Position numbers and translations under genes: made by a program
Shown: one piece after another, positions 45,316-55,526 of the stretch
How the letters are laid out: each line of letters opens with the position of its first letter
Numbering within the stretch: position 1 is the first letter of the stretch
IMG/VR virus record: IMGVR_UViG_3300027365_000010
Location: 28,454 to 92,453 of that record
Strand: one strand, 5' to 3'
DNA length: 64,000 nucleotides
Source of the DNA: a virus
The notes under the pieces: model-generated
What the model was told of the DNA's origin: nothing
What the model saw: only the letters and a program-made list of their open reading frames with translations
Database searches by the model: none

Positions 45316-45771
45316 ATGACATTTAGACCAGTAAATCCTAAAGCAGAAGTTGATCGTATTCTTCAAGAAATTCGATATAATGACCCAGACCTCGTTCGAC
45401 AAAGATCATTGTTTAAAAAAATTGAAAAAATACTACACAAGCGGCAATGTAACCAACTTTGTGACGTATTCAATTACAACTTTATATATAACAAAAGTGG
45501 TAAAAGAGTCGTTGCAGATAATGCAACATCATATAAATTTAATTGCAGACATTTTGAATTATTATTCTATGTAGTCGAAGAGTATGATTTGATTATATTT
45601 AATATTTCGAATTGTTCTCATGGGACATCACTATTTAAGACAATGATATTTGATGATAACGAGGTTTATAATTCTATGAAACGTCTACTTGAAGAGTCTC
45701 TATCATATGCTGATCATAATGTACTTGATGATGTACTTGATGAATTATTGAACGAGGCTACTGATGTCTGA
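45316..45771 (+). CDS. Hypothetical protein
   Basis: ORF with GAGG RBS in a plus-strand operon. Confidence 0.65.
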   Translation: MTFRPVNPKAEVDRILQEIRYNDPDLVRQRSLFKKIEKILHKRQCNQLCDVFNYNFIYNKSGKRVVADNATSYKFNCRHFELLFYVVEEYDLIIFNISNCSHGTSLFKTMIFDDNEVYNSMKRLLEESLSYADHNVLDDVLDELLNEATDV

Positions 45772-46198
45772 AATTGTTAAAGTTCCAGAAAGGAAAGGAT
45801 ATAGCCGATTCCAGATATGTTTTTTATCAATTAATATAAATGAAATTGAAGAACGCGGTACTGAAATGATGAAAGCGTTATATCTAGAACGCAGGGCTTT
45901 GTTGAAAATACAGAGTTTCTTCAATGGCATATTGGAAAGAAATGCGTTTAAGGTACAATGTGGGAGTAATGAGTTGAGGCAGAATGTACACTGTCCTGTT
46001 ACTCAACGTACTTATTCCGGTGATTATCTTGTACACAGGATGGTATTGACAATAAATCAAGATTCAGTCAATTTTATTAAAATATCAAATCGTGAATTAT
46101 ACAATCTTTTATGTGATTGCAATAAAGGTATGTTGGTATGTGGATACGATTTTGATTGTAATAGCCTAAATACCTCTAAAGAGGAAACTAAACTATGA
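45764..46198 (+). CDS. Hypothetical protein
   Basis: Coupled ORF. Confidence 0.65.
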   Translation: MSEIVKVPERKGYSRFQICFLSININEIEERGTEMMKALYLERRALLKIQSFFNGILERNAFKVQCGSNELRQNVHCPVTQRTYSGDYLVHRMVLTINQDSVNFIKISNRELYNLLCDCNKGMLVCGYDFDCNSLNTSKEETKL

Positions 46199-46695
46199 AG
46201 AATATGAAAGAAATGATCCAGCTTGTTGAAGGCGCTACACGTGAGAATCCTATGGATGTTACTGCGGTAATAGATGATGAAAACGATTATACAGTGACGA
46301 TTCACGGTGGTACTCGTATTGGTAAACTCGAAAAGAAAGACGATGATCAATATGAGTTCTGTGATGCTGAGCCTAGCTTTGAAGAATATGAAGGTATGGA
46401 CTTCGATACTGTTGAGGATGCTGAAGAATTCTTCAAGGAAATGACCAAGAACGACGATCCTGTTTACGAAAACCATATTTACGTTGTGAATGAAAATAAT
46501 GTGGATGAAGGTTGTGTTGTTTATAATTTGCCAGAAGTAGATAACATGGTGAATTATCTCAACGAAACTGTATTTGGTAACAAACATAATACTTTGAAAG
46601 TATATAAAGAAATTCCGAGTGATTTGGATCTTAACGAGGCAACATACCCCCATGCATCGTGGAATGAGTTTAAGAGAAATTTTGGCATTGATTGA
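46195..46695 (+). CDS. Acidic hypothetical protein
   Basis: GAGGA RBS; MKNMKEMIQLVE leader. Confidence 0.75.
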   Translation: MKNMKEMIQLVEGATRENPMDVTAVIDDENDYTVTIHGGTRIGKLEKKDDDQYEFCDAEPSFEEYEGMDFDTVEDAEEFFKEMTKNDDPVYENHIYVVNENNVDEGCVVYNLPEVDNMVNYLNETVFGNKHNTLKVYKEIPSDLDLNEATYPHASWNEFKRNFGID

Positions 46696-46707
46696 ACAGG
46701 ATAGTAT

Positions 46708-46920
46708 ATGAGTAATAGTAAAACTAAAAAAATTATGATAACTGAAGAGGCTCTGGTTGATATAGAGCGTATTATCAATAATTCAAAAAACGATGGACTC
46801 GTGGGTGTCACAGCCTTCAACAATGAAAATGAATCTAGGTTCGAACTTAGTCTGAAATATAAAGATAAAGAAGGTGAAGAATTTACACGATACATATCAA
46901 TCAATCTACAAAATCCTTGA
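46708..46920 (+). CDS. Hypothetical protein
   Basis: 70-aa ORF with AGGA RBS. Confidence 0.6.
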   Translation: MSNSKTKKIMITEEALVDIERIINNSKNDGLVGVTAFNNENESRFELSLKYKDKEGEEFTRYISINLQNP

Positions 46921-46975
46921 CCCTCTCGATATTTTAGTGTTATACTGTCTATAACAAATCAGAGAGGTAATTGAG

Positions 46976-47119
46976 ATGAACATTGCTACTACTCAACATC
47001 GTGACGAAAATAAGCTTGTTCGTATGTGTGAGCGCATTGGAAAGAATACAACCCCAATCGCTATGACACGTAAGCAATGGATCAAGGTCAATGTCATGTA
47101 TGCAAACATGATTAAATAA
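46976..47119 (+). CDS. Small basic protein (47 aa, below the ORF-track cutoff)
   Basis: MNIATTQHRD...YANMIK; GAGG RBS; TTGACC-18-TATACT promoter at 46917-46946; downstream UUCG hairpin. Confidence 0.7.
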   Translation: MNIATTQHRDENKLVRMCERIGKNTTPIAMTRKQWIKVNVMYANMIK

Positions 47120-47136
47120 TTCAACACTGCCAGTGA

Positions 47137-47156
47137 GAGGTTACTTCGGTAACCTC
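47137..47156 (+). terminator. UUCG hairpin (terminator or transcript-stabilising)
   Basis: GAGGTTAC-TTCG-GTAACCTC. Confidence 0.6.
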
Positions 47157-47198
47157 GCCCCTCTTTTCAAAACCACTATAGACTAACGGTGATTCTTA

Positions 47199-47993
47199 AT
47201 GAAAGTGAATGATGTCGTAAGATCATTTGATGAGCTAAAGAATATTGTACAAAACTCGTCCGTTGCACAGGAATACCTACGCAACGTCATTCGTTCTGAA
47301 AAAATCGCAGTTCACCTGAGTAAATCTATGTCAGTGGAAAATTTTACTGTCCTTAGTAATAAACGAAACCGCAAGCCGACAAACACCCCTGAGTATATTC
47401 ATGAATACATTGATACAATGTATGAATATCAGTATGGTGTCGCATATCGATCTGAGTCTTTATTTACTTTTGTAAGAGATATTGAAGACGTTGCTAAAGG
47501 CACACTCTTTGTTATTCCAGTTGGCAATGAGCTGAACATGATGTATGTTGAAGGTGTTATTGACTTCTATCTTCAACTTCTCGAAGGATTGGATACTGTC
47601 GCTGAGAGAGTAGTAGATAAGATCTATACTGAAGACGATGATGTTATTCGTAATCGTCTTATTGATAGCATTTCAGCAAATATCGAGTTTATTGATGATG
47701 AAGCATCACGCAGGAGAATCATTATTGATAACCGAAATGCACTCCCAAGCGAGGTACAAGAGAAAATTCTTAGTGAAAAGTTTGTGGGCATGGTTAAAAA
47801 TGAAATCTTGAACTACTGTGATTATATGATCAAAGGAAATGTAATCACAGATGTGGAACTATCTGATGTTGGCAGAGCAGAACTGCATATCAATTCCGAA
47901 AAGTTTATTCTTGTCGATCCAAAATGGATTTCTAGCTACGCACAAACAGCGGGCAAATCCCTGACTGAAGTTTTTAAGGAATTTGTTGTATGA
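47199..47993 (+). CDS. Hypothetical protein (divergent paralogue family member 3)
   Basis: RKPTNTP...YGVAYRSESLF...VIPVG...DFY...AELHI matches the 17457 and 40701 ORFs. Confidence 0.55.
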   Translation: MKVNDVVRSFDELKNIVQNSSVAQEYLRNVIRSEKIAVHLSKSMSVENFTVLSNKRNRKPTNTPEYIHEYIDTMYEYQYGVAYRSESLFTFVRDIEDVAKGTLFVIPVGNELNMMYVEGVIDFYLQLLEGLDTVAERVVDKIYTEDDDVIRNRLIDSISANIEFIDDEASRRRIIIDNRNALPSEVQEKILSEKFVGMVKNEILNYCDYMIKGNVITDVELSDVGRAELHINSEKFILVDPKWISSYAQTAGKSLTEVFKEFVV

Positions 47994-49102
47994 AGCCTAA
48001 GTTTTACGCGACTGATTTTATTAAGCTTATTGAAAATAATAATGCCCAAGTAGAAACTCGGATGTTTCTAGAAGATAATCGCTGTGTGGAATATCACTTG
48101 AATGGAAAAAGGCATCGTGTTGTACATTCAAAGAATATGAATTCCTTGAAAGATCTGTATAAAGGTAAATTTGTAACAATCTTACACTATGACTTGTTTC
48201 AGAGGCTTTATCGCCTTGGTGTTCATATTAACTATGGAAAGAATGAATTCAGAAAAGCTACTCTAACTAAAAGAAATCTTCTAAGTTTCGATGACAAAGA
48301 CGGAGCCTATACATGCACATATGAAAACTTTTTGTTCATATGTGCATGTATTGCTAAAGAATACAGTGAACTACCAGAAAGAATGCAAAAGAAGTTGCAA
48401 TCATATTATGATGGGGTACTACACACGGACATTTCCCAAGACGACTATTCCGATAATTATGCATATTATACAAGCATTATGGATAATCCAATCACAAGCT
48501 CTATTATTGAACAATATCCATTTATTGATGTATATGAAAAGAAAAATGGAACTACTGTACCGTCTAACATGAATAATAGTGATATAGATCATGTATCTGG
48601 TGTGGTTTCTACAATTCACTACAATCGTTTTAATACGCGCATTCCAAATTCTTCACGTACTTTCAATAATACTGCCACAGATACTAACAGGTGTTTTATA
48701 CTAGCCAAAAAAACACCTGTTATTCATGATCATAGAATTCATAATCACTTAAAGCTGTATTCATTAGACCTTAAGTATGAGAATTGTCTATTGTGCCCGA
48801 CATACTATTCAAGGGCTTATAAGCTCGATGGTATTGGATGGGAAATTAACAATTACATTAAAGGTAAGAGTGTTTGTACAAGGCTAAAAACACTTGTTGA
48901 CTTATTTGGTAATGATTTAAGCATGGACGACATACATCTTATGTCGGGCGTATTTAGAGGTGAATACAAAGGGTATAAAAAAATTAAAAGACTCATTAAT
49001 AACCGAACTATTTGTGATCATATCGATTCGGTATACTCTCAATTGGAGTATTCTATTTCTAAAAATAAAGAGTCTGAAGATAATATTAATAGGTATTTGT
49101 AG
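47990..49102 (+). CDS. Hypothetical protein
   Basis: 370-aa coupled ORF. Confidence 0.7.
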   Translation: MKPKFYATDFIKLIENNNAQVETRMFLEDNRCVEYHLNGKRHRVVHSKNMNSLKDLYKGKFVTILHYDLFQRLYRLGVHINYGKNEFRKATLTKRNLLSFDDKDGAYTCTYENFLFICACIAKEYSELPERMQKKLQSYYDGVLHTDISQDDYSDNYAYYTSIMDNPITSSIIEQYPFIDVYEKKNGTTVPSNMNNSDIDHVSGVVSTIHYNRFNTRIPNSSRTFNNTATDTNRCFILAKKTPVIHDHRIHNHLKLYSLDLKYENCLLCPTYYSRAYKLDGIGWEINNYIKGKSVCTRLKTLVDLFGNDLSMDDIHLMSGVFRGEYKGYKKIKRLINNRTICDHIDSVYSQLEYSISKNKESEDNINRYL

Positions 49103-49110
49103 GCATTTGT

Positions 49111-49668
49111 ATGAGTAGATTATTCAAAGAACCATTGTTGTCAAATCTCAACCGAGATGAATTATTTGATGAACTGTCTCGGCGGGATGATCCTCTTTAT
49201 AATGGGATTGGTACGGAACTTAAAGAAATGTCTGAAGTCTTGAGTGATAGCCAAGAAGAGAATAAACACCTTCATCTAAAATTTGAATCATTGGAAAATA
49301 CAATTGCATATTATGAAAGTGCTATAGGTGAGATCACCACTATGACACCTGCAATTATGTCCCAATCTTATTGGGACGTTGAAGATCTTGGATTGCCCAC
49401 AGATGATACACATTATTTGTTTGTGGATAGTTATAAACTTGTCATACCCGAAAATATAATTGATAAAGTGTTTAGCATCAATTTAGGCACTTTAGGTGCT
49501 AAGGCTTATGTAAAAAACAGTGGTGAAGACACTAGTATACATGTTTCATGTTCTCTTTTAATCATTCCAACCATTGTGCGATATGATAGACAAGTTACTA
49601 CTGAAAAAGCGTTGGCCGATGCCACTGGTATTGTTATTAATAGGTTGTTTGAATACATTAATAGGTAA
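49111..49668 (+). CDS. Hypothetical protein
   Basis: 185-aa ORF. Confidence 0.7.
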   Translation: MSRLFKEPLLSNLNRDELFDELSRRDDPLYNGIGTELKEMSEVLSDSQEENKHLHLKFESLENTIAYYESAIGEITTMTPAIMSQSYWDVEDLGLPTDDTHYLFVDSYKLVIPENIIDKVFSINLGTLGAKAYVKNSGEDTSIHVSCSLLIIPTIVRYDRQVTTEKALADATGIVINRLFEYINR

Positions 49669-50090
49669 TGTCTATAATGGAGATTTATTCGAAGGACTTT
49701 GATAGGATATTTAAAAATCTATATCTTTATTATAAGTCTAAGTTTAGTTCAGGCGTAGAATATACCTCTTTAATTTCATTTTTTAAACATGTCATTGATC
49801 AAGATACAAATACAGTAGAGCGTTATTTAAGACCTCCCTTTAGAACAGATGATTGCATTATTGTACATTTTATTAACAGATATAGTCAATTATATCATTA
49901 TATTATAGATAATGAGTTTTGTTTGATTAAACGATTCCTACTTTTTTATGAAAACGCTAGAAAATCAAACAAGTTATACGTTGACTTGTCTGAACTTCAG
50001 TCTATAATAGAATGTATAGATATTGATGTATTTAACTTAAAAAAGAACATTGAATATAGAATAAAAAATATGAGATTCAACTATGAGTGA
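49668..50090 (+). CDS. Hypothetical protein
   Basis: TAATG-coupled ORF. Confidence 0.65.
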   Translation: MSIMEIYSKDFDRIFKNLYLYYKSKFSSGVEYTSLISFFKHVIDQDTNTVERYLRPPFRTDDCIIVHFINRYSQLYHYIIDNEFCLIKRFLLFYENARKSNKLYVDLSELQSIIECIDIDVFNLKKNIEYRIKNMRFNYE

Positions 50091-50574
50091 TGATTTACAT
50101 AGACAGGCATTAGAAGACACTGGTTTTTGGGGTAGAAAAGGAGCAGGTTGTCTTATCATGTGTGAAACAACGGGAAGGTTTCTAATTCCTAAAAGATCAC
50201 CCCTTGTCCTTGACCCTGAAACTTGGGGCGTTTTTGGTGGTGCAGTAGATCCCGATGAAAATGAGAGGCAAGCGGTAGTGCGCGAAGTTCAAGAAGAAGC
50301 GGGAGTACAGTTAAAACCTTCTACCTTGGAAGTACTATATACTTATACTGATAAACCTAGTGGTTTCAAGTACACCACTTATTTTGCGTTAGTTAAAGAA
50401 GAATTCACCCCACTTTTGAATTGGGAATCTATGGACGCAAAATGGTTTCCATTTGGTGAATGGCCACAGCCCTTGCACTTTGGATTAAGTAAAATTTTGA
50501 ATAATGCCGATATCAACTCTATACTCAAAAAAGTATCAGGCATTGCCACGGAGGATAAAAATGAGCTGGATTGA
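50083..50574 (+). CDS. Nudix hydrolase
   Basis: GGAVDPDENERQAVVREVQEEAG Nudix box; LNWES. Confidence 0.9.
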   Translation: MSDDLHRQALEDTGFWGRKGAGCLIMCETTGRFLIPKRSPLVLDPETWGVFGGAVDPDENERQAVVREVQEEAGVQLKPSTLEVLYTYTDKPSGFKYTTYFALVKEEFTPLLNWESMDAKWFPFGEWPQPLHFGLSKILNNADINSILKKVSGIATEDKNELD

Positions 50575-51253
50575 TGACGTTAAAGATGTTAGTGAAGAGG
50601 CGAATTCCGGGCAACTGGATACTAAGATTCTTACTTCAATCCCTAGTGAGCGTCTTGAAAAGAGTAGTTACAAGTTTCAGATGAGTTTGAAAATCACTGA
50701 TATGCCGCTAGTTGATGCCATTATGACTGCGTTATACATATTTTTTCTATATCTCTCATGGTTAAGTACTGGAATCACAGGGGCATCCGTTTTCCTACTC
50801 TCAACGACCGCTGTTAGTTTGTATGCATGTTATCTATGTAAAAAGAAAATTGATATGTATAAAAGAGAGGACGCGCCTTTTAGTAATGCAATTAATAATG
50901 GTGAGTATGAAATTTCTAGCCCGTATATCAAAGCCACAACTGAACGTGCACATAAGTTGTTAAAGCCTGTCATACTTTATACGCATATGATTTATAAGGA
51001 TTCGTTATATAAGTCATTGAGTAAATCATCACGTTCATTCTGTATTACGTCAATTTTGATTGTACTATTTGGAATGGTGATCGTTATAGACTCAGGAAGC
51101 TTAGTACTCTTTACGTGTTTGTGTACATATATATTGTCTAGAATTATCTATGAGTATCTTCGTTTAAGATTCCTTAATATGATGTTGTACACTCTGTCCT
51201 TTATTCGCGACTTTGAGAATGACGATGATGAAGGTGTTGAAATCGATACATAA
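50561..51253 (+). CDS. Multi-pass membrane protein
   Basis: Four hydrophobic segments; start at MSWIDD after GGAGG. Confidence 0.7.
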   Translation: MSWIDDVKDVSEEANSGQLDTKILTSIPSERLEKSSYKFQMSLKITDMPLVDAIMTALYIFFLYLSWLSTGITGASVFLLSTTAVSLYACYLCKKKIDMYKREDAPFSNAINNGEYEISSPYIKATTERAHKLLKPVILYTHMIYKDSLYKSLSKSSRSFCITSILIVLFGMVIVIDSGSLVLFTCLCTYILSRIIYEYLRLRFLNMMLYTLSFIRDFENDDDEGVEIDT

Positions 51254-51296
51254 CTTCTATATAATGTAATGTAAAACCTATTGTAAAGGATATTGT

Positions 51297-52109
51297 ATGA
51301 AATTTACGAAAAGCTTTATCAAGAAAACACTGAAAGAAACATTGTCAGAAAACACTGATAACACTTCTGTCTATCGAAGCATGTATGGTGTAGTGCCTGA
51401 CTTCGATGGTTTTGGTGACACGAAAGTGAAATCAACACTAAGCTTTAGTAACGAGGGGGCAATTCGTAAGTTTTGTTTCAAAAATGCTCAACGTGATAAC
51501 GCATTGCCATATTTTCTGAAACTCTCAAAGTCTCTTGAAACTCATTTTAAAACGTTTGATGATAATCCTATTGGTGAGCATTGTCTTGTTCTCAGTCTCG
51601 GTCTGAACGAGGAAGATGAGGTTGAAGAACGTGTATTCCTCAACCAAAATGACGTTAGTGAGTATTTCGAGGCTTTGGAGAATCGTATTGTTCTGGTTGT
51701 ACATTTTCTTCCATTCGAGGCACGTGAAATCTATCACCAAGTTCATACTGATGGTCATGATATTGCATACAGCAATACCTTTAGTTTCAAAAACTATAAT
51801 TTCGTCGCAAGGCTTCACCTGAATACTGGGAGATTATTCAACGGTGTTGTGACCAAGACAAAAGATGAATATCTGATCACTATTAGAGATCAGCTTCGTC
51901 GCAAATATGGGACTGACGGCGTTGAAGCAGTAGTGAAAGACCATCCGTTGTCTGGTGGCACTATGATTGAAGGATTTAATATCTACTTCAATAAAATCAG
52001 TGAGGTGAATTATCTCAAACTTATTAAGTTGGATATGGATAAACCCGTTCAGATCAAAGCATCCCTTAAGAGCATTGGGATGACTAAGGATGATAGTTGT
52101 GAAAAATAA
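51297..52109 (+). CDS. Hypothetical protein
   Basis: 270-aa ORF, AAGGA RBS, upstream promoter-like TTGAAA...TATAAT. Confidence 0.75.
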   Translation: MKFTKSFIKKTLKETLSENTDNTSVYRSMYGVVPDFDGFGDTKVKSTLSFSNEGAIRKFCFKNAQRDNALPYFLKLSKSLETHFKTFDDNPIGEHCLVLSLGLNEEDEVEERVFLNQNDVSEYFEALENRIVLVVHFLPFEAREIYHQVHTDGHDIAYSNTFSFKNYNFVARLHLNTGRLFNGVVTKTKDEYLITIRDQLRRKYGTDGVEAVVKDHPLSGGTMIEGFNIYFNKISEVNYLKLIKLDMDKPVQIKASLKSIGMTKDDSCEK

Positions 52110-52743
52110 TTCATCAATGACAAAGCAGTTGGAAAGATTGCGTGTAGTCGAAAAAGAAAGAAAACTACATATAGTTGATACACTTCGTCTGAATAACGGT
52201 TTACTTAGAACCGAGTTGTACGGTTTTATTAAAAACTTTGATCTGACGAAAGGCACCATGTTATCATGGGTGCTATCAATGGTTTTTTTGGCAATCGGTA
52301 TTCCAAATCTACTTTTCTTTGGGACGAATGCTCTGTTGGTATGGTTTCTACTGGTACAAGCATTGGTTATATGGATTACATTCAAATCTCTTAATGAGTA
52401 TAAAAAGTGGAAGCATTCAATACGGAATGTCAATAGAGCAATTGATGACGGCTTGATTGATTTCAGTACCGAAGCTACATATATCAACGACGTTGCTGTG
52501 CAAACATCTACAATGTCTTCTAAGGATGAAACGGTGGCCGATTCATTGGGGACTATAGCAAAATACATCACGCTGTTTAACTCCAATTATCTACTTGGTG
52601 CAGTTTTACTGAAGCATAAAAACCATACGCCATTTATAATGATTTTTTCTGTGGCATGTCTCTTATTATTCTTGGCGGCGAAAAATGTATTTGTTCTATG
52701 TGCGAGTATTACATTGTTGATTTCGCTTGTATCGTGCTTTTAA
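52090..52743 (+). CDS. Multi-pass membrane protein
   Basis: Two pairs of hydrophobic helices. Confidence 0.7.
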   Translation: MIVVKNNSSMTKQLERLRVVEKERKLHIVDTLRLNNGLLRTELYGFIKNFDLTKGTMLSWVLSMVFLAIGIPNLLFFGTNALLVWFLLVQALVIWITFKSLNEYKKWKHSIRNVNRAIDDGLIDFSTEATYINDVAVQTSTMSSKDETVADSLGTIAKYITLFNSNYLLGAVLLKHKNHTPFIMIFSVACLLLFLAAKNVFVLCASITLLISLVSCF

Positions 52744-52846
52744 ATACAAGGAATGCTATTTAAAAGTGTTGCTGTATACTTGAGAAGCTTAAAAGAGAGT
52801 TTGCTATCTTCACTATCCGATAATGATGAACATACTGAAACAATGA

Positions 52847-53353
52847 GTGTATATGATGAATCTGATTGAGCGGTTGTTATCTAAGCGTGTTTCTAAGTTT
52901 ATGCCATGGTATCTTTTCGGAATTGTTATAGGTACGTCCACATATATGGGCGTATCAGGTATAAGTGCTGTATTTTCCATATTTTTAATTTCCACGCTGT
53001 TATCATGCGTTTTGAAGTCGTACTTTGATTACGTGGTCGATCCATCATGCAACTTCGTCATTGATAATGTTCATGACTATATGGATTCTCAATATGGTAG
53101 TAATGCGAGCAATGATGAGTTCAGTCATACTCGGCGGACACGTATTATATACACTATATCCGCCATTTTTAATATAGTGGCGCTTTGTGCGCTGATATTA
53201 ATAATATCTTTTGCGGTAAATAGCATTATTTTTTTGAATATTGACTCGATGGCAGTATCAATGGCTTATGTTGTGATTGCAGTCTTTACATATTATATAA
53301 TCACATTTTTACAGAACGTTAATACTTTAGTAAGTTATAGGAAATTTAGATGA
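52847..53353 (+). CDS. Multi-pass membrane protein
   Basis: Two pairs of hydrophobic helices. Confidence 0.65.
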   Translation: MYMMNLIERLLSKRVSKFMPWYLFGIVIGTSTYMGVSGISAVFSIFLISTLLSCVLKSYFDYVVDPSCNFVIDNVHDYMDSQYGSNASNDEFSHTRRTRIIYTISAIFNIVALCALILIISFAVNSIIFLNIDSMAVSMAYVVIAVFTYYIITFLQNVNTLVSYRKFR

Positions 53354-54300
53354 ATCCATTCGTGTGTTATAGATTTCTACGTTCCACAAAACGGTTTAAA
53401 AAAACATCTCTTAAAACGTTTAAGTCCTTAAGTTATGAACACATGGTTCCTAGCTCAACCATCTATAGACTGAGTTACGCCCTTAAATCCAATTCTGAAT
53501 CTATCGAAGGACTACTGTTTGAACGCGAAAAAGTTGATAATATGACTTATGATGTATTGTATGAATGGGTTCCAGAAGGTTGTGGATCTATGTATTATAA
53601 TAATTATAAGTTAGATTTCGATATGATTCAAATAGCTACAGTAGATGAACTGAATTATTTACTAAAGGCTTATAGGAAGGTGTTTGAATCCTTATATAGT
53701 AAATATGGTATGAATTTACTTAGACAACATTTAGAGATTGATGAGTATAATCGTAAAATGATTGATCCACTGGATAAAGATTGGAATCTCGCAAAAGACG
53801 CATTAAATGTATATGGTTTTGAATCTGATACCTATTTGGACATTGTGCACTCTATTATTGAGACAAAAATTAAGGAAACTGTTAATCATTTTAATAATAA
53901 CTACATATCACATACACAGTTTATAGATCGTATCCTAACTACATATAAGATGTCGTCGTACTTACATGGCTATTCACACCGCATTATTGAACATTTGAAG
54001 AATACAATGTATAGAGATGTTATTGATCGTCACATTGACGATATCGCCTCAGAAATCCGTGACTATGCAATGGTTACTAACAGATACCTGTGTTATGATA
54101 ACGGCAAATTTGTGTCTGTGAAATATATTAGTAATGAAGAGAAAACCAAGATTATCAGGAAAATGGCCATTGAAAAGAACGCTTCTAATAATTTCATCGA
54201 AACACTTAACGTTGTAAAAATGTATAAAGATGCAAATGTGCGCTATAATCCGTCAAACGTTTTGAATTATCTGAAGATTAAGAAAGTTATTGAGAAATAG
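53350..54300 (+). CDS. Hypothetical protein
   Basis: 316-aa ATGA-coupled ORF. Confidence 0.7.
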   Translation: MNPFVCYRFLRSTKRFKKTSLKTFKSLSYEHMVPSSTIYRLSYALKSNSESIEGLLFEREKVDNMTYDVLYEWVPEGCGSMYYNNYKLDFDMIQIATVDELNYLLKAYRKVFESLYSKYGMNLLRQHLEIDEYNRKMIDPLDKDWNLAKDALNVYGFESDTYLDIVHSIIETKIKETVNHFNNNYISHTQFIDRILTTYKMSSYLHGYSHRIIEHLKNTMYRDVIDRHIDDIASEIRDYAMVTNRYLCYDNGKFVSVKYISNEEKTKIIRKMAIEKNASNNFIETLNVVKMYKDANVRYNPSNVLNYLKIKKVIEK

Positions 54301-54369
54301 AGTGTTTACAAAGCTCTACGAATGCGTTATCATACTCACACAATAAAACACTAATTAGGAGAATATAAT

Positions 54370-54963
54370 ATGCTAGTACCTATGGTTATTCAACGCACCT
54401 CTGATGGTGAGCGTTCAATGGACATCTTTTCCCGCCTGCTTGAAGAACGTGTTATCATGTTGACAGGACAGGTAAGTGATGAAATGTCGTCACTGATTTG
54501 TGCACAACTTCTGTATCTGGAAAACCAAGACGCAAATAAAGACATCCATGTTTATATCAACAGTCCGGGTGGTTCGGTCACCGCAGGACTAGCCATGTAC
54601 GATACTATGAAGCATGTGAAGCCTGATATTACCACTGTTGTTACCGGCATGGCAGCATCGATGGGAAGCTTCCTTGCTGCGTGTGGTGGTACTAAAGGCA
54701 AACGTTTCATGCTACCAATGGCAGAGAATATGATTCACCAGCCCTTGGGCGGTTTCCAAGGCCAGTCAAGTGATATCGACATTCATGCGAAACATATTCT
54801 TCGTACACGTGAACGTCTTGAGCGTATTTACGCCGAGTGTACAGGTCGTACTTATGAAGAAGTGAATAAAGCTTGTGAGCGTGACAACTACATGACAGCA
54901 GAAGAAGCAGTAGAATTCGGCCTTGCTGATCAGATTATGTATCCAAGTGATATGAAATCATAA
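54370..54963 (+). CDS. clpP: ATP-dependent Clp protease proteolytic subunit
   Basis: [30 protein letters not shown] (Ser), MIHQPLGG (His), ERDNYM (Asp); TTTACA-17-TATCAT promoter at 54305-54333. Confidence 0.97.
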   Translation: MLVPMVIQRTSDGERSMDIFSRLLEERVIMLTGQVSDEMSSLICAQLLYLENQDANKDIHVYINSPGGSVTAGLAMYDTMKHVKPDITTVVTGMAASMGSFLAACGGTKGKRFMLPMAENMIHQPLGGFQGQSSDIDIHAKHILRTRERLERIYAECTGRTYEEVNKACERDNYMTAEEAVEFGLADQIMYPSDMKS

Positions 54964-55036
54964 GCTTACGGGATATTAATGTATAAGGTAGGTAGGCTTG
55001 ATGCCTACCTTCTATCTATAATGAAAGGAAATAGGT

Positions 55037-55462
55037 ATGTCAGAATTACTTAATACAATCAAAAAAGAACAACTTTTGGCACGTAAAAACGGTGATCAAG
55101 TACGGGCTAAACTTCTTACTACGGTTATTGGAGAAGCGTCACCTGCCGGTAATGGTACTGTGAGTGACAAAGATGTTGAGAAAACTATTGCGGATTTTTA
55201 CAAAAACCTGCGTAAAAATCGTAAGATTTATATTGAACGAAACCAAAGTGTCGATGAAGTTGATGCTGAAATCGCTGTTCTACTAGATTTTATGCCCCCA
55301 CAGCTCACTGTTGACGAAATCAAAGATATTGCCACCGAGTTCATTAGTAAAAATGACATCAAAGCAGTGGGGCCTGTAATGGGCTATTTTTCCAAAGAAT
55401 ATAAAGGAAAGTACTTTGGTGAAGAAGTCTTGGAAGTGGTTGAAGATATTCTTTCACAATAG
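55037..55462 (+). CDS. GatB/YqeY-domain protein
   Basis: ARKNGD, EIAVLLDFMPPQL, GPVMG pattern. Confidence 0.8.
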   Translation: MSELLNTIKKEQLLARKNGDQVRAKLLTTVIGEASPAGNGTVSDKDVEKTIADFYKNLRKNRKIYIERNQSVDEVDAEIAVLLDFMPPQLTVDEIKDIATEFISKNDIKAVGPVMGYFSKEYKGKYFGEEVLEVVEDILSQ

Positions 55463-55526
55463 TATAATTGATAAAAGAGAAGGTCAAAAGCCTTCTCTTT
55501 AAATGTTTTAAATAAAAGGAATACTT

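Noticed and set aside
46057-46904. 198-aa and 116-aa minus-strand ORFs
   Set aside because: They are antisense to a coupled plus-strand operon and have the Phe/Ile-rich composition expected of shadow frames.
51834-52586. 250-aa minus-strand ORF
   Set aside because: Antisense shadow of two plus-strand genes with good RBSs; no recognisable motif.
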